Below are positions 13,225-24,762 of a stretch of 64,000 bases of DNA, piece after piece (within the stretch, counting starts at the first letter, position 1; every line of letters begins with the position of its first letter). The notes under the pieces are model-generated. The model was given only the letters and a program-made list of their open reading frames with translations, was not told the DNA's origin and did no database searches. The translations under genes were made by a program, and so were the position numbers. The stretch is from the NCBI RefSeq assembly GCF_003918875.1, contig NW_025766965.1:620001-684000 (forward strand). Direction: 5' to 3'. The DNA comes from Haliotis rubra (lineage: Eukaryota).

Positions 13225-13746
13225 ATCCACATGAGCAACTTGACGGTTCGACGATGTGTGCAGTGGCAGATGCAGAACGGAGGCACACTTCAGACAGGAT
13301 GGGAGACGTTGTATGTTCGCAACGTCACCATGGTCGACATGGACATCATCCACACCGACTGGTGCAAGTTCAAAAATGTTTGTAAAACTTTATCAGGAAA
13401 CGACGCCGTTTTTGACACGTATGGAAATACCCGCCATTTTGACGTCAGCGACATGCGCTTTGAAAACATCCGGGTGGAAGGGTCATGTCCAAGGGTTGTC
13501 AATTACAACATGGATCCCGCTGCGGAGGGGACCATCTCAAATATTACTGTTATCAATTTGTCAGTTGACTCTCAACCTGTCCACGACCCGATCCATAATG
13601 CTATCTCTGGTTCATCTCGTGGTGGACGGATAATCGACTGGCAGTTTGTGAACTTGACCATCGCCGGTCAGTGCATCGCCAGTGGATCTGATGGGGATTT
13701 TATCATTGACCCCAACACAACGAGTAACATCACATTTACGTGTTAA
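13225..13746 (+). CDS. GH49-like glycoside hydrolase, exon 2; total about 470 aa
   Basis: tttttttcag|ATC acceptor in phase 0. IHMSNLTV...WQMQNGGTLQTGW...FENIRVEG continues the beta-helix. Confidence 0.85.
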   Translation: MHMSNLTVRRCVQWQMQNGGTLQTGWETLYVRNVTMVDMDIIHTDWCKFKNVCKTLSGNDAVFDTYGNTRHFDVSDMRFENIRVEGSCPRVVNYNMDPAAEGTISNITVINLSVDSQPVHDPIHNAISGSSRGGRIIDWQFVNLTIAGQCIASGSDGDFIIDPNTTSNITFTC

Positions 13747-13854
13747 TGAGAGTTGTACAGATTACATTGTTCCGTGGTGTCTTTAGAAAAAATGTTTAAG
13801 CTCATGGTTTGAAATAAAATAATGTTTGAATTAACCCATGTTATGTTTGGGATT

Positions 13855-13995
13855 ACACTTTCTCAGTAAAGTACAGATTCTAGTACTTTTGTTGGATTGA
13901 CGACTATCCTGGATTCGAACCCACACCCTCAAAGACAGGCACCTAATCGCCAGCACACAAAGTCTGCCGTCTAACCCATTCAGCCACCGCGTATT
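13855..13995 (-). mobile_element. tRNA-derived SINE family C (related fragment at about 21392-21505)
   Basis: Minus strand reads gcggtggctgaatgggttaga...gtgggttcgaatcc. attaggtgcctg.ct.tgag is shared with 21424. Confidence 0.55.
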
Positions 13996-14160
13996 CCTCA
14001 CTAAGAAAGTGTAATTCCAAGTATAACATGTGTTACATTTGAGCACTTTCTAAATGGCATTGTGTATTCAATGTCTGATTTGATACTTACACAATATCTA
14101 GTCTAGTCTCCAATCACAATCCCCTCACAATACCCTTCCAAGAACATCCCATGGTAGGTC

Positions 14161-14355
14161 AGACCCGTGAAGATCCGGGTTAAAATTGGTCTTCAGCAAC
14201 CCATGCTTGCCGTAAGAGGCTACTAACGGGATCGGTTGGTCAGGCTCGCTGACTTGATTGACACGTCATCGTATCCCAACTGTTGTATTATGCTGTTGAT
14301 CACTGCATTGCCTGGTCCAGAGAGACCGTCGCCTTCTATCTGGAATATTGCTAGG
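14161..14355 (+). mobile_element. Retroposon family B (no tRNA head; shares 3' tail with SINE A)
   Basis: agacccgtgaagatccgggtt...ctggaatattgct. Confidence 0.8.
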
Positions 14356-14476
14356 TGTTAATTTCTAATAAACAAACTAACAAAACATAGTAGGTCGAAT
14401 TAATATAAACAAGTCTTTTGTTCAAGGCGTCGTGGTACAATGACACTCGATCAGCCACTTCACTCATTGTAAGAAC

Positions 14477-14589
14477 CAGGGTGCCGTTGTACGAAACAAC
14501 CTTAGCGCAAAGACTGTCGTAAGTCCATGTTGAGGTATGGGACTTACGATCACCTTAGCGCTAAGGTTGTTTTGTACAACGGCACCCTG
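14477..14589. mobile_element. Palindromic MITE (PIF/Harbinger-like, CWG flanks)
   Basis: cag GGTGCCGTTGTAC...GTACAACGGCACC ctg, with core cttagcgc..gtcgtaagt / acttacga..cttagcgctaag. Confidence 0.7.
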
Positions 14590-14593
14590 TTCT

Positions 14594-14730
14594 AAAAGCG
14601 TTCGCTCATCAATACGAAGGCCCGGGTTCGATTCCCCGCATGGGTACAATATGTGAAGCCCATTTCTGGTGTCCCCCGTCGTGATATTGCTTGAATATGG
14701 TTGAAAGCGTTGTAAAATCCAACTGACTCA
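14594..14730 (+). mobile_element. SINE family A (5' truncated)
   Basis: B box, body and tail. Confidence 0.8.
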
Positions 14731-14865
14731 GAGTAGAGAGAGGAAATGCCTCAGTACGAGCAGCAGTTGAAGGACCACAACTTAATATTGTTCCTACCTT
14801 CTAATAGGTCTAATGACTTTAGATAGTTGACACCAGTATTACATGTGCATACTTTTCGGGAGATA

Positions 14866-16376
14866 TATACTAAGCAGCAAAAGAAACGTCAGTTTGGAAT
14901 TTTCCTTCGCAGACACGGATGACTGTAAACTCATTTAATGTTTTGATTGACTGAATGTATATTTTTTGACAACTTTACCTGAGTAAAGACATTCCTTTCC
15001 AGGAACCCAGGAAATGGTCTCAAAAACGCAACCCGATCTCGGAGATGGTAGTGTTCTCCATGTTTTTCATGCAACTCATGCTGCATGTGCTGTTCACAAG
15101 GACCAACCCTATAAAATGCACCCCCAAGCCTGGTGGAAACATTCACATTACAACGTCAGCAGGATGCCACAAGTCACGACAAGCGCTAGGAAGACCTGAA
15201 GCTGGCCACACTGCACGAGCCGTTGCCAATCACTTCCAGGTCAACGTTAGGACCATCTACAGGGTGCATCAACGTTTCTGGGCCACCAACACCACAAATG
15301 ATCGCCCCCGTACTGGCAGGCAAAGGGTGACCACAAGGCGACAACACCGCCATGTTGTGCGACAGCATGTACAGAATCCCTACATGCAGGCATCCGAAAC
15401 AGCACGCCAGACAGTGGGAATACACGGAAGACCAATCAGCACTGATACAGTACGCCGACGTCTTAACAGCGGGAACCTCCATTGCCGTAGACCTTACCGC
15501 GCCTATCCTCACCCCTCGTCATTGGCGTGAACGTCTACAGTTTGCCCGACAACACCAAAACTGGCGATACAGGCAATGGAGAACTGTTCTGTTCACAGAT
15601 GAGAGTCGGTACTGCGTATCAAGTGCAGATGGCAGAACAAGAATATGGCGACGACGTGGCCAGCGTTACTCAGACCAGTGTGTTATGGAAAGAGACTCAT
15701 GGGGAGGTGCAAGCATCATGGTATGGGTTGGAATAGACCTGAACCAGAGAGTGGGTTCTGTGGTGTTCCAGAACCTTGGTCCAGGGAGAGGAGGCGTCAT
15801 CACAGCGGTGCGCTACATCGACCAAGCTCTCAGACCCCACGTCATACCACAATTCGCACGTCACCGGAACAACATTTTCCAGCACGATAACGCCCGGGCC
15901 CATACTGTCAGAGCTACACGGGACTTCCTACAGCACAAAGGTGTCAACATTATGCAGTGGCCAGTCCTTAGTCCTGATTTAAACCCAACTGAACATCTTT
16001 GGGATGAAATTCAGAGAAGACTGAATAATGTCATACCAAGGCCGAACACAGCCGATTTATTGCGCCAGGCCTTTCTCAGAGTGTGGTTCCAGGTGCCAAT
16101 GGCCTTCATCAATCGATTGGTGCACTCCATGCATAGACGCTGTGCTACAGTTATTGCTGCTCGTGGTGGTCACACTAGATACTGAAGTCAAGAGTCTGAA
16201 TGGACTGCAAACGTTCACGTAATGTCTTGGAATTGATGTGTCATTCATTGATGTGTCAGGATATTGTACACAAAAAATGTTCTTGATCCGCTTATTATGT
16301 CCATTTCTGAAATGATTTGATTACAGTGCCTATCTAATTTTGAATTCGTACTGACGTTTGTTTGCTGCTGAGTATA
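14866..16376 (+). mobile_element. Tc1-type DD34E transposon, family T1; frameshifted transposase pseudogene (about 15163-16185)
   Basis: TA-flanked TIRs tactaagcagcaaaagaaacgtcagt / actgacgtttg-tttgctgctgagta. HTH and FTDESR, HDNARAH, SPDLNPTEHLW, GGHTRY lie in different frames. Confidence 0.95.
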
Positions 16377-18237
16377 TCAATAATGATGATGAAGGGTTGG
16401 CCAGCAGCGATTTTCCAAGCTTAAATTGATAAACCAATGCATGATTACTAGCACTGAGTTTTCACATACACACAAGGAACAGTGTCAAGTTGTTTAGACG
16501 ACATGCTGCATTTACAATGGACGGGTAGCATGACTGGCGGACGTTCAACGAGAAGTGATGGACATTTAAACTATTAAGGAGTTTCCGGGGCGGAACTAAT
16601 ATTAAAATTGGAAAACTGTCAAAAAAATGTCCTGTCTATCAAACAGATGTTATACTTTACTGAACACAAGTCGCAATCATCAAAATATCAAAAAATACAT
16701 AGACTACTGTTATGATTAGAGCATATGTGGTGGTATGTGGTCTTATGCATAGAGCATTGGTCACGAATCAGTTGAAGTTGAGCACGGAGAGTCCTTTGAT
16801 TGGCCGTGTTTGGCAGCTTGTTCTTGTTCTGTTCAGTCCTGCCCCACAACGATGAACATGCGATTCGTGTGGTCTCACCATGTGCAAGTGAGTTTGTTTT
16901 AAATTGCCTCTGTTCACCCAGCAGAAAATGGGTTAAGTCATGTGACTATTAACCTTCTAACGCCTCACAGGCAGCTTGGGTTATCCGGGGTAATAATGTA
17001 CTGTGCTTTGATTGGTAGATCTATGAACATTGACCTAGTGAATGGACTTTAGCACAATATAAATGCACTTATTATTATATTGCTATCCCCAGTACGTGTT
17101 ATCCAATGATATTTCGAAGGGTCACACGTTCAGCAAATTAAACCTTGCACAGTTTTCTGCAAATGATGAAATGATTTTGAAAATGATTTTAAACAAAATG
17201 TTCACCCATTCCTTCCGCTTGTAACAAGATAATCACATAACCTACACAGCCTACTATTCAACGAAACATTCTGTGTCTTGCATGTTTCCATTTTACAATA
17301 TTGCCACCATCAAATATCTTCAGGTGAAAAAAGGAAACTTTCTAAGTTACGTTTGGTCTAGTCTTTCGGCTCCTCACTATATATTTCTTGTTTTATTTAT
17401 TAATTAACACAAGCCATAAATGCGCCATTATGAGTATATTTGTCTCCAGCCTCTCTTCATCAATCAGCTTTGAAAAGACATAACCCCCTTCAGGAATAGG
17501 ATGTAAATGAAACATAAATGGTAAAGCATATTTTAGAGACGCAGAGGAATATCCATTTATCATTACTGCTCTGTTAAGAAAACGATGATAACGGTTGACT
17601 TATATACCCATGACTAAGAGAAACAGAAGAATGTGATGATAAACTGCGTGCATGTCAGTGTGCAGCCAGTAACAACAAATTACAAATTACCACATTTACA
17701 CACATGAGTCTTGACAGAATGAGATCCCAAAAGTGTCATCAACTAGCTGAAGCAAATCATGGCAGTATTCGAAGAAATATTCAACGAGTGATTGGGTGAG
17801 TGAGTTTGGTTTTCTGAACATTAATATAGATTCATGAGCATCGTTCTACGCAATTGGGATACGGAGGATGATATATGTTCTGATACAAGAATGATCTTCA
17901 GTAACTTTTCAATTTTACATGAAATGAATGTTTTAAAGACACAGAGGAACATTTGTCATTGCACACCATGACAAAGGCTGTCTGGAAAACAAATATTAAT
18001 ATCAGAGAGCATTTACACAAAGGTTCTATATTGACAGTATATATGGACAGTATGGGATCCCATAGCTGTCATCATCAAGCTAAACAGTTTAGCTTTTTCC
18101 AATGCCGTGATAAAGTAAACTTTCAAATGCTTTTCCTTTCAGTTTTAAAAGCAAACGGAGTTTAAAGACGGATTGAAAGGCTGCTGGGAAGGGAAAACTA
18201 CCCATCTGCAGCTTTGAGAAATTTACCTATTTCGGAA

Positions 18238-18443
18238 ACCATACCTGAACCACTGCCAGGACATTTTGATACCATACATTCCACAAAACTGTCAGGACAT
18301 TTTGTAACCATACATTCCACAATCACTGTCGGGACATTTTGATACCACACATCCCACCAACCACTGTCGGGACATTTTAATACCACACATTCCACCAACC
18401 ACTGCCAGGACATTTTGTTACAATACATTCCACCAACCACTGT
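18238..18443. repeat. About 38-40-bp tandem repeat (about 5 copies) abutting the PAN gene start codon
   Basis: ccactg.c.ggacattttgataccatacattccac repeated. Confidence 0.85.
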
Positions 18444-18444
18444 T

Positions 18445-18733
18445 ATGGTAATCCTGCTCACAACAGTTGCATTCCTTCTGATGTGTCAACAAGAAGTTTG
18501 CACTGATTTCAGGATTGATTACTTCGAGAAGGTAATGGTTGAAGAAAGGGCGGACATTTTATGGAATGTAGACAATGTGTCTAGTAAGCTGAAGTGCACA
18601 ACACTGTGTCTTGTTGATAACACATGTGCTACTTTCGGCTTCGTTGAGGCAAATGGTTCCTGTAAAGCATTTGGTCCTGGCGCACGAAAGGCGATGGGAA
18701 ATCATGGCTTCACTGCATACAATTCGATAAGAC
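18445..18733 (+). CDS. Secreted PAN/apple-domain protein, exon 1
   Basis: Signal peptide MVILLTTVAFLLMCQQEVCT. SKLKCTTLCLVDNTCATFGF...C is a PAN pattern. Donor C|gtaagt, phase 1. Confidence 0.75.
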
Positions 18734-19556
18734 GTAAGTTTTTTGTTGTTGATCTAATCATTTAAGTCATTTACAATGGCCAGGTACACACCACACATGT
18801 TTCAAGAACCGTGTATTGGAATCCATGGGGGTCTGGTAGTCAACCTCTGTAATGTAAGGAACACATTATAAGTCGGTCTGGAAGATTTTGTCGACTTATT
18901 AGTATACATTCTCATGGGATTTACCCAATGCAGATTAAGCGACGTTTTATCTATCCAAGGTCATCCTGGTGCTTTTGCACATTCAATAATCTGTTCACTC
19001 AACATTAAGGCGAAATGTCACATTTGTTTTCGACAATATTTTGGCCTATATTATATATATATTGGGGTATGTACACTCACGTTAACTTCCTATTGATGCA
19101 AACAAAAATACTTATTATCCCTTACGACTTGCCTGATATCGATAATTGAAACTTCGAGGCGATCAGCTTCCAAACAGAGAACACTTCCCATATATATGGA
19201 GTTAAATAATTGCTCCGTACATCGAAAACTGTCGCACGCGGTGTTGTCGTTATTTTCCGAACTGGTTTCAATCACAAGTTGTGTTACAGGATATTCGAAA
19301 AGAGCGCTCCAAGAGACATAACTCTATGGGGTTCGCTTGAAATAATGCCCGGTAGAGGGCGCGAGAGTATTTAATGCAACATTGCATTAATTCATTCGAA
19401 CTTTTAAAATTGATATTGCAATGTAAATGCGTAATTTGTTTTGAAATAAATTATATGGTAGATTTCCCGAGGGCTGATAGTTTGTGTTATTGAGAGAAAT
19501 GCATTATCTATTTTTAGAGAAGTGTGGTGTGATATAGTGCCTGTACGCTGACTCAC

Positions 19557-19716
19557 TGACTGAGTTTGGTTTTACGCCGCTTTTAGCAATATTACAGCCA
19601 GATCACGGCAGGGGACACCAGAAATGGGCTTCACACATTGTACCCATGTGGGGATTCGAACAGGGTCTTCGGCGTGATGAGCGAACGCTTTAACCACTAG
19701 GCTACCCCACCGCCCC
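19557..19716 (-). mobile_element. SINE family A
   Basis: Full-length match. Confidence 0.88.
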
Positions 19717-20674
19717 AGTGCCTTTAAGATATTCTTGGGAAGGTACCAAAGGTACCAAAGCTAAAGCCCCAACAAAAACGAGACGTACGATTTGGTACTG
19801 AAGATGCAAGAGTGTAGACATAAAAAGTACCTCACAATATTCTGGTTGGGTTGCTTTCTAAAATGCGTAATGAATGTACAATGGTTCGTGGGTTCCAAAT
19901 AATTATGCATTGTGTAGAATCCGTTGCAAGGAATTAGTAAATTGTACATTGAAAATCACCTTGTACCTTGTAAAATCATTGGCACGTATAGACTTATGCT
20001 CACTCAAGCTTACAATAGATTCAGGAATAAAGTGATTCTATCATTCAGGGTAGGGAAGACTTATGAGTCCTGAAAAGTGAACGTCTTTATACTTTAAGAT
20101 TATGAATTGTTCCTCAGAGATCGAAACTGCACAATTTACATGTATTCATTATATGTTACAGAATCTGGTGGGATGTATCAGCCTTGTGTAAATAAAGACA
20201 AATGCCACATCAATGGTACCAATGCCACATCCCGGATGGTACTCAACCCAAAAGTATTAAACGTACTCGAAAATAACAAAAAAGGTTTCTGGCGTTTATT
20301 TATTCATTACTTTATTAAAGGTTGTTTTAACAAATGTCTTCGGCGTGACGAGCGAACGCTTTAACCACTAAGCTACCCTACCGCACCAGCTGAAAAAAGA
20401 ATGCATGGAAATGTAAAAGGAATTAATTACTGTTATCCGATAAGGTGTGATGCTTAAAGAACTGGTCATGCTGAGCTATTGCTGGAACCCCAGACCCGTG
20501 AAGATCCGGGTTAGAATTGGTCTTCAGTAACCCATGCTTGTCTCCACCCGTGAAGATCCTGGTTAGACTTGATCTTCAGTAACCCATGCTTGTCGTAAGA
20601 AGCGACTAACGGGATCAGGTGGTCAGATACGCTGACTTGTGTGACACATGTCATGTATGTCAGCAACATACATA

Positions 20675-21128
20675 AACTCACATGTTTGTCCATTAACTCA
20701 CATGTTTGTTCATAACTCACATGTTTGTTCATAACTCACATGTTTGTCTATTAACTCACATGTCTGTACATTAACTAACATTTCTGTACATTAACTCATA
20801 TGTTTGTACATTAACTCACTTATTTGTCCATTAACTCACGTGTTTGTCCATTAACTCACATGTTTGTACAGTGACTCACATGTTTGTCCATTAAATCACG
20901 TGTTCAGTAACTCACATGCTTGTACATTAACTCACATGTTTGTCCATTAAATCACGTGTTTGTCCATTAACTCACATGTTTGTACATTAACTCACATGCT
21001 TGTACATTAACTCACATTTTTGTCCATAACTCACATGTTCGTACATTAACTTACACGTTTGTACACTATCTCACATGTCTGTACATTAACTCACATGGTT
21101 GTACATAAACTCATATTTTTGTCCATTA
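20675..21128. repeat. 20-bp minisatellite (cattaactcacatgtttgta)n, block 1
   Basis: 20-nt period is directly visible. Confidence 0.92.
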
Positions 21129-21704
21129 GTGAAAAAGTGTTTGTCCTGAAAACTGAACGTCTTTATACTTTAAGCTTATGAATTGATCCTCAGTGATCGT
21201 GCACAATTTACATGTATTCATTATATGTTAGTGAACAGGATGTATCAGCCTTGAAAAATAAAGACCAATGTCATCAATGGCGCCGTAAGCTTTTGAAGTG
21301 TTGTCCCAGGTCTGAGCTACCACAAGGCAGAGCATGTATGCGTCATTATAATGATGATAAAGAAATCAATGATAATGTGCTTGGATCATCAGTGAGTGTG
21401 GTTTAAGATAAGTGTGCTGTCAATTAGGTGCCTGACTCTGAGAGAGTGGGTCGAATCCCGGATGGTACTCAACCCAAAAGTGTTAAAAGTACTCACGGAA
21501 ATAACAAAAAAAGGTTTCTGGCGTTTATTTATTAAAGGTTGTTTTAACAAATGTCTTCGGCGTGACGAGCGAACGCTTTAACCACTAGGCTACCCTACCG
21601 CACCAGCTGAAAACAGAATGCATGAAAATGTAAAAGGAAATTACTGTTATCCCATAAGGTGTGATGCTTAAAGAACTGGTCATGCTGAGCTATTGCTGGA
21701 ACCC

Positions 21705-22111
21705 CAGACCCGTGAAGATCCGGGTTATAATTGGTCTTCAGTAACCCATGCTTGTCTCCACCCGTGAAGATCCGGGTTAGAATTGGTCTTCAGTAACATA
21801 TGCTTGTCTCCACCCGTGAAGATCTGGGTTAGAATTGGTCTTCAGTAACTCATGCTTGTCTCCACCCGTGAAGATCCGGGTTAGAATTGGTCTTCAGTAA
21901 CCCATGCTTGTCGTAAGAAGCGACTAACGGGATCAGGTGGTCAGACTCGCTGACTTGGTTGACACATGTCATGTTATCCCACTTGGGTAGATCGATGCTC
22001 CTGCTGTTGATCACTGGATTTTCTGGTCCAGACTCGATTATTTACAAACTGCCGCCATATAGCTAGAATATTGCTGAGTGCGGCGTAAAACTAAACTCAC
22101 TCACTCACTCA
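21705..22111 (+). mobile_element. Retroposon family B with tandemly amplified 5' head
   Basis: cccgtgaagatccgggttagaattggtcttcagtaacccatgcttgtc is repeated 4 times. (ACTC)n tail. ggaacccc on both flanks. Confidence 0.85.
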
Positions 22112-22245
22112 CTACAGGAACCCCATAAAGGAGGGTGGAATACTTCAGTGTGTCGAAAAGAATATTTATCATAATAACGCTAGTTTATATTGGAGATAGT
22201 TTATATTGGCTTGCATAGTATTATTTATGTATGTCAGCAACATAC

Positions 22246-23460
22246 ATAAACTCACATGTTTGGCCATTAACTCACATGTTTGTCTATTAACTCACATGTT
22301 TGTTCATAACTCACATGTTGGTGCATAAACACACATGTCTGTCCATCAACTAACATGTCTGTCGAGTAACTTACATGTTTGTACACTAACGCACATGTTT
22401 GTCCATTAACTCACAGTTTATCCAATAATTCACATGTTTGTTCGTCAATCCTCATTTCTGTACATTAACTCACATTCCTGCACATTAACTCATATGCTTG
22501 TACATTAACTCACTTGTTTGTTCATTAACTCACGTGTTTGTACATTAACTCAGGTGCTTGTCCACTAGCTCCCATGTTTGTCCATTAACTCACATGTTTA
22601 TGCATTAACTCACATGTTTGTCCATTATCTCACATGCTTCTACATTAACTCTCATGTTTGTACATTAACTCACATGTCTGTACATTAACTCACATGTTTG
22701 TACATTAACTCACATGTTTGTACATTAACTCACTTCTTTGTCCATTAACTCATGTGTTTGTCAATTAACCCACATGTTTATACAGTAACTCACATGTTTG
22801 TCCATTAATTTACATGTTCGTACATTAACGCAACATGTTTGTCCATTAACTCACATGTTTGTACAGTAACTCACATGTGTGTCCATTTACTCACGTTTGT
22901 CCAATAAGTCACGTTTGTACATTAACTCACATGTTTGTGCAGTAACCCACATGTTTGTACAGTAACTCACATGTTTGTCCATTAACTCACATTTTTGTCC
23001 AGTAATTCACATGTTTGTACGTCAATTCCCATTTCTGTACATTAACTCACATTCCTGCACATTAACTCATATGTTTGTCCATTAACTCACGTGTTTGTTC
23101 ATTAACTCACATGTTTGTCCATTAACTCACGTTCTTGTCCATTAGCTCCCATGTTTGTCCATTAACTCACATTTTTGTCCAGTAATTCACATGTTTGTAC
23201 GTCAATTCTCATTTCTGTACATTAACTAACATTTCTGTACATTAACTCACATGTTTGTTCATCAACTCACGTGCTTGTCCATTAACTCACATGTTTGTCC
23301 ATTATATCACATGTTCGTACATTAACTCTCATGTCTGTACAATAACTCACATGTTTGTACGTTAACTCACATGTTTGTACATTAAATTACATGTCTCTAC
23401 ATTAACTGACATGTTTGTACATTAACTCACATGTTTTGTACAACAGCTCACATGTTTGTG
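22246..23460. repeat. 20-bp minisatellite, block 2
   Basis: Same unit, about 60 copies, ending at the splice acceptor. Confidence 0.92.
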
Positions 23461-23466
23461 TTTCAG

Positions 23467-23753
23467 ATTGCAGCAGATATGGGAAGACTATGTCGATTTA
23501 TGAAGGGTTGGCCATAGTTGGCCACAACATGGTGGAAAAAACATTCTTATTTTACGGAAAAGAAGTGTTGACCCAAATGTGTATCGACAGATGTACAGCT
23601 ACAACTGCCTTTGAGTGTTTGAGTATAGACCTAAAACCCACCGGTTTCCACTGCGCTCTCTCGAGCTACGGGTATCTTGACGTAAGTGAAAGTGACAGAG
23701 ACACTGAAGAAGATGAATGGCTGTTGGGAACCCGAGATTGTGCATTCGACTGA
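23467..23753 (+). CDS. PAN/apple-domain protein, exon 2; total about 191 aa if directly joined
   Basis: tttcag|AT fits phase 1. AIVGHN...CIDRC...FECLSID...CALS is a PAN pattern. Confidence 0.75.
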
Positions 23754-24152
23754 ATATTTCTATCGTTTTCTACTTGTTCAAGTGTCCATACATTAGTGGT
23801 CGTTACTGAAATCCCTGTTGGGAAGAATGAGCAAAGTATTGTACAGACAATATATTAATGCAATATATGAAATATTAGTGGTGTATGACACATGCGTCGA
23901 CTCAGAGAAAAGGGCCTTTGTAGTACGTTTATTTTCTCTCTCTTCTATTCAAGGATTAGTTCTGGCTCCAAATTGCGCGACCACCAAATATGACTTTACT
24001 AGACCGGACCAAGTGTACGTTGTTTTTCACCTGCAGCACACATGATTACCTATATTAGAAACCAAATGTTAAATGTTAATGTATTTCAAGTCTATGTGTC
24101 TTGTACAAAATATCGCAAAATATAGTTCCTGTAAATGGACATGAGAAATATA

Positions 24153-24317
24153 TACTCATGGAATCGAATAAGGGAACACATGAAAGTACAAGTGTTCCTT
24201 TATTCTTTTCCAGAATTTCACCCACAGTGCAAAACAAAGCAAGCTTGTGAAGAAACCTGGAAAAGAATAAAGGAACACTTGTACTTCCAGATGTTCCCTT
24301 ATTCGTTTCCATGAGTA
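24153..24317. mobile_element. Foldback MITE with TACTCATGG ends
   Basis: About 65-bp inverted arms: tactcatggaatcgaataagggaaca... / ...tgttcccttattcgtttccatgagta. Confidence 0.75.
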
Positions 24318-24762
24318 AATATTGTATTGATGGGTTTTCTATTTGTAGGCACACTAGCTGATTCTGCATCAAATCAGACTTTCTGAATGATTACACCTAT
24401 TATTTGTTTGTCAGGTTGATTCTGATATTAGAAACATCATTGGCATTTCGTTATTGTTGCTGGTTCTCCCTTGTAGAGCACGTCTATGTAAGCACCATCG
24501 TCAGGAAGTGATCGGTCTATACAAATATAGATTGATGCAAACCAATGTTTGATCAAGTCTTACTCTCTCCTATCTCCACTTTCTTACTTTCCTATATCTT
24601 TTTATTTGTACTTTATTCGTGCAACCTTTGTGTCGAATTTGGAATATGTGTGTGTTCTGTAATATCCATGTCAACCTGTATGAATATTGTTTTATTTGCT
24701 GTCGTAATAAATAAAATTAAAAAAGCATGGATATTGATATTATCACGTGACCTGGACATATA

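Larger units (their letters stand above)
20067..23460. repeat. Tandem segmental duplication in the PAN intron (20067-21130 vs 21143-23460)
   Basis: Both units start gtcctgaaaa.tgaacgtctttatactttaag and share the same order of SINE fragments and satellite. Confidence 0.85.

Noticed and set aside
11923-13746. Bacterial contamination as the source of the GH49-like gene
   Set aside because: It has a spliceosomal intron with a host SINE, a TATA box and a polyA signal, and it is contiguous with animal genes.
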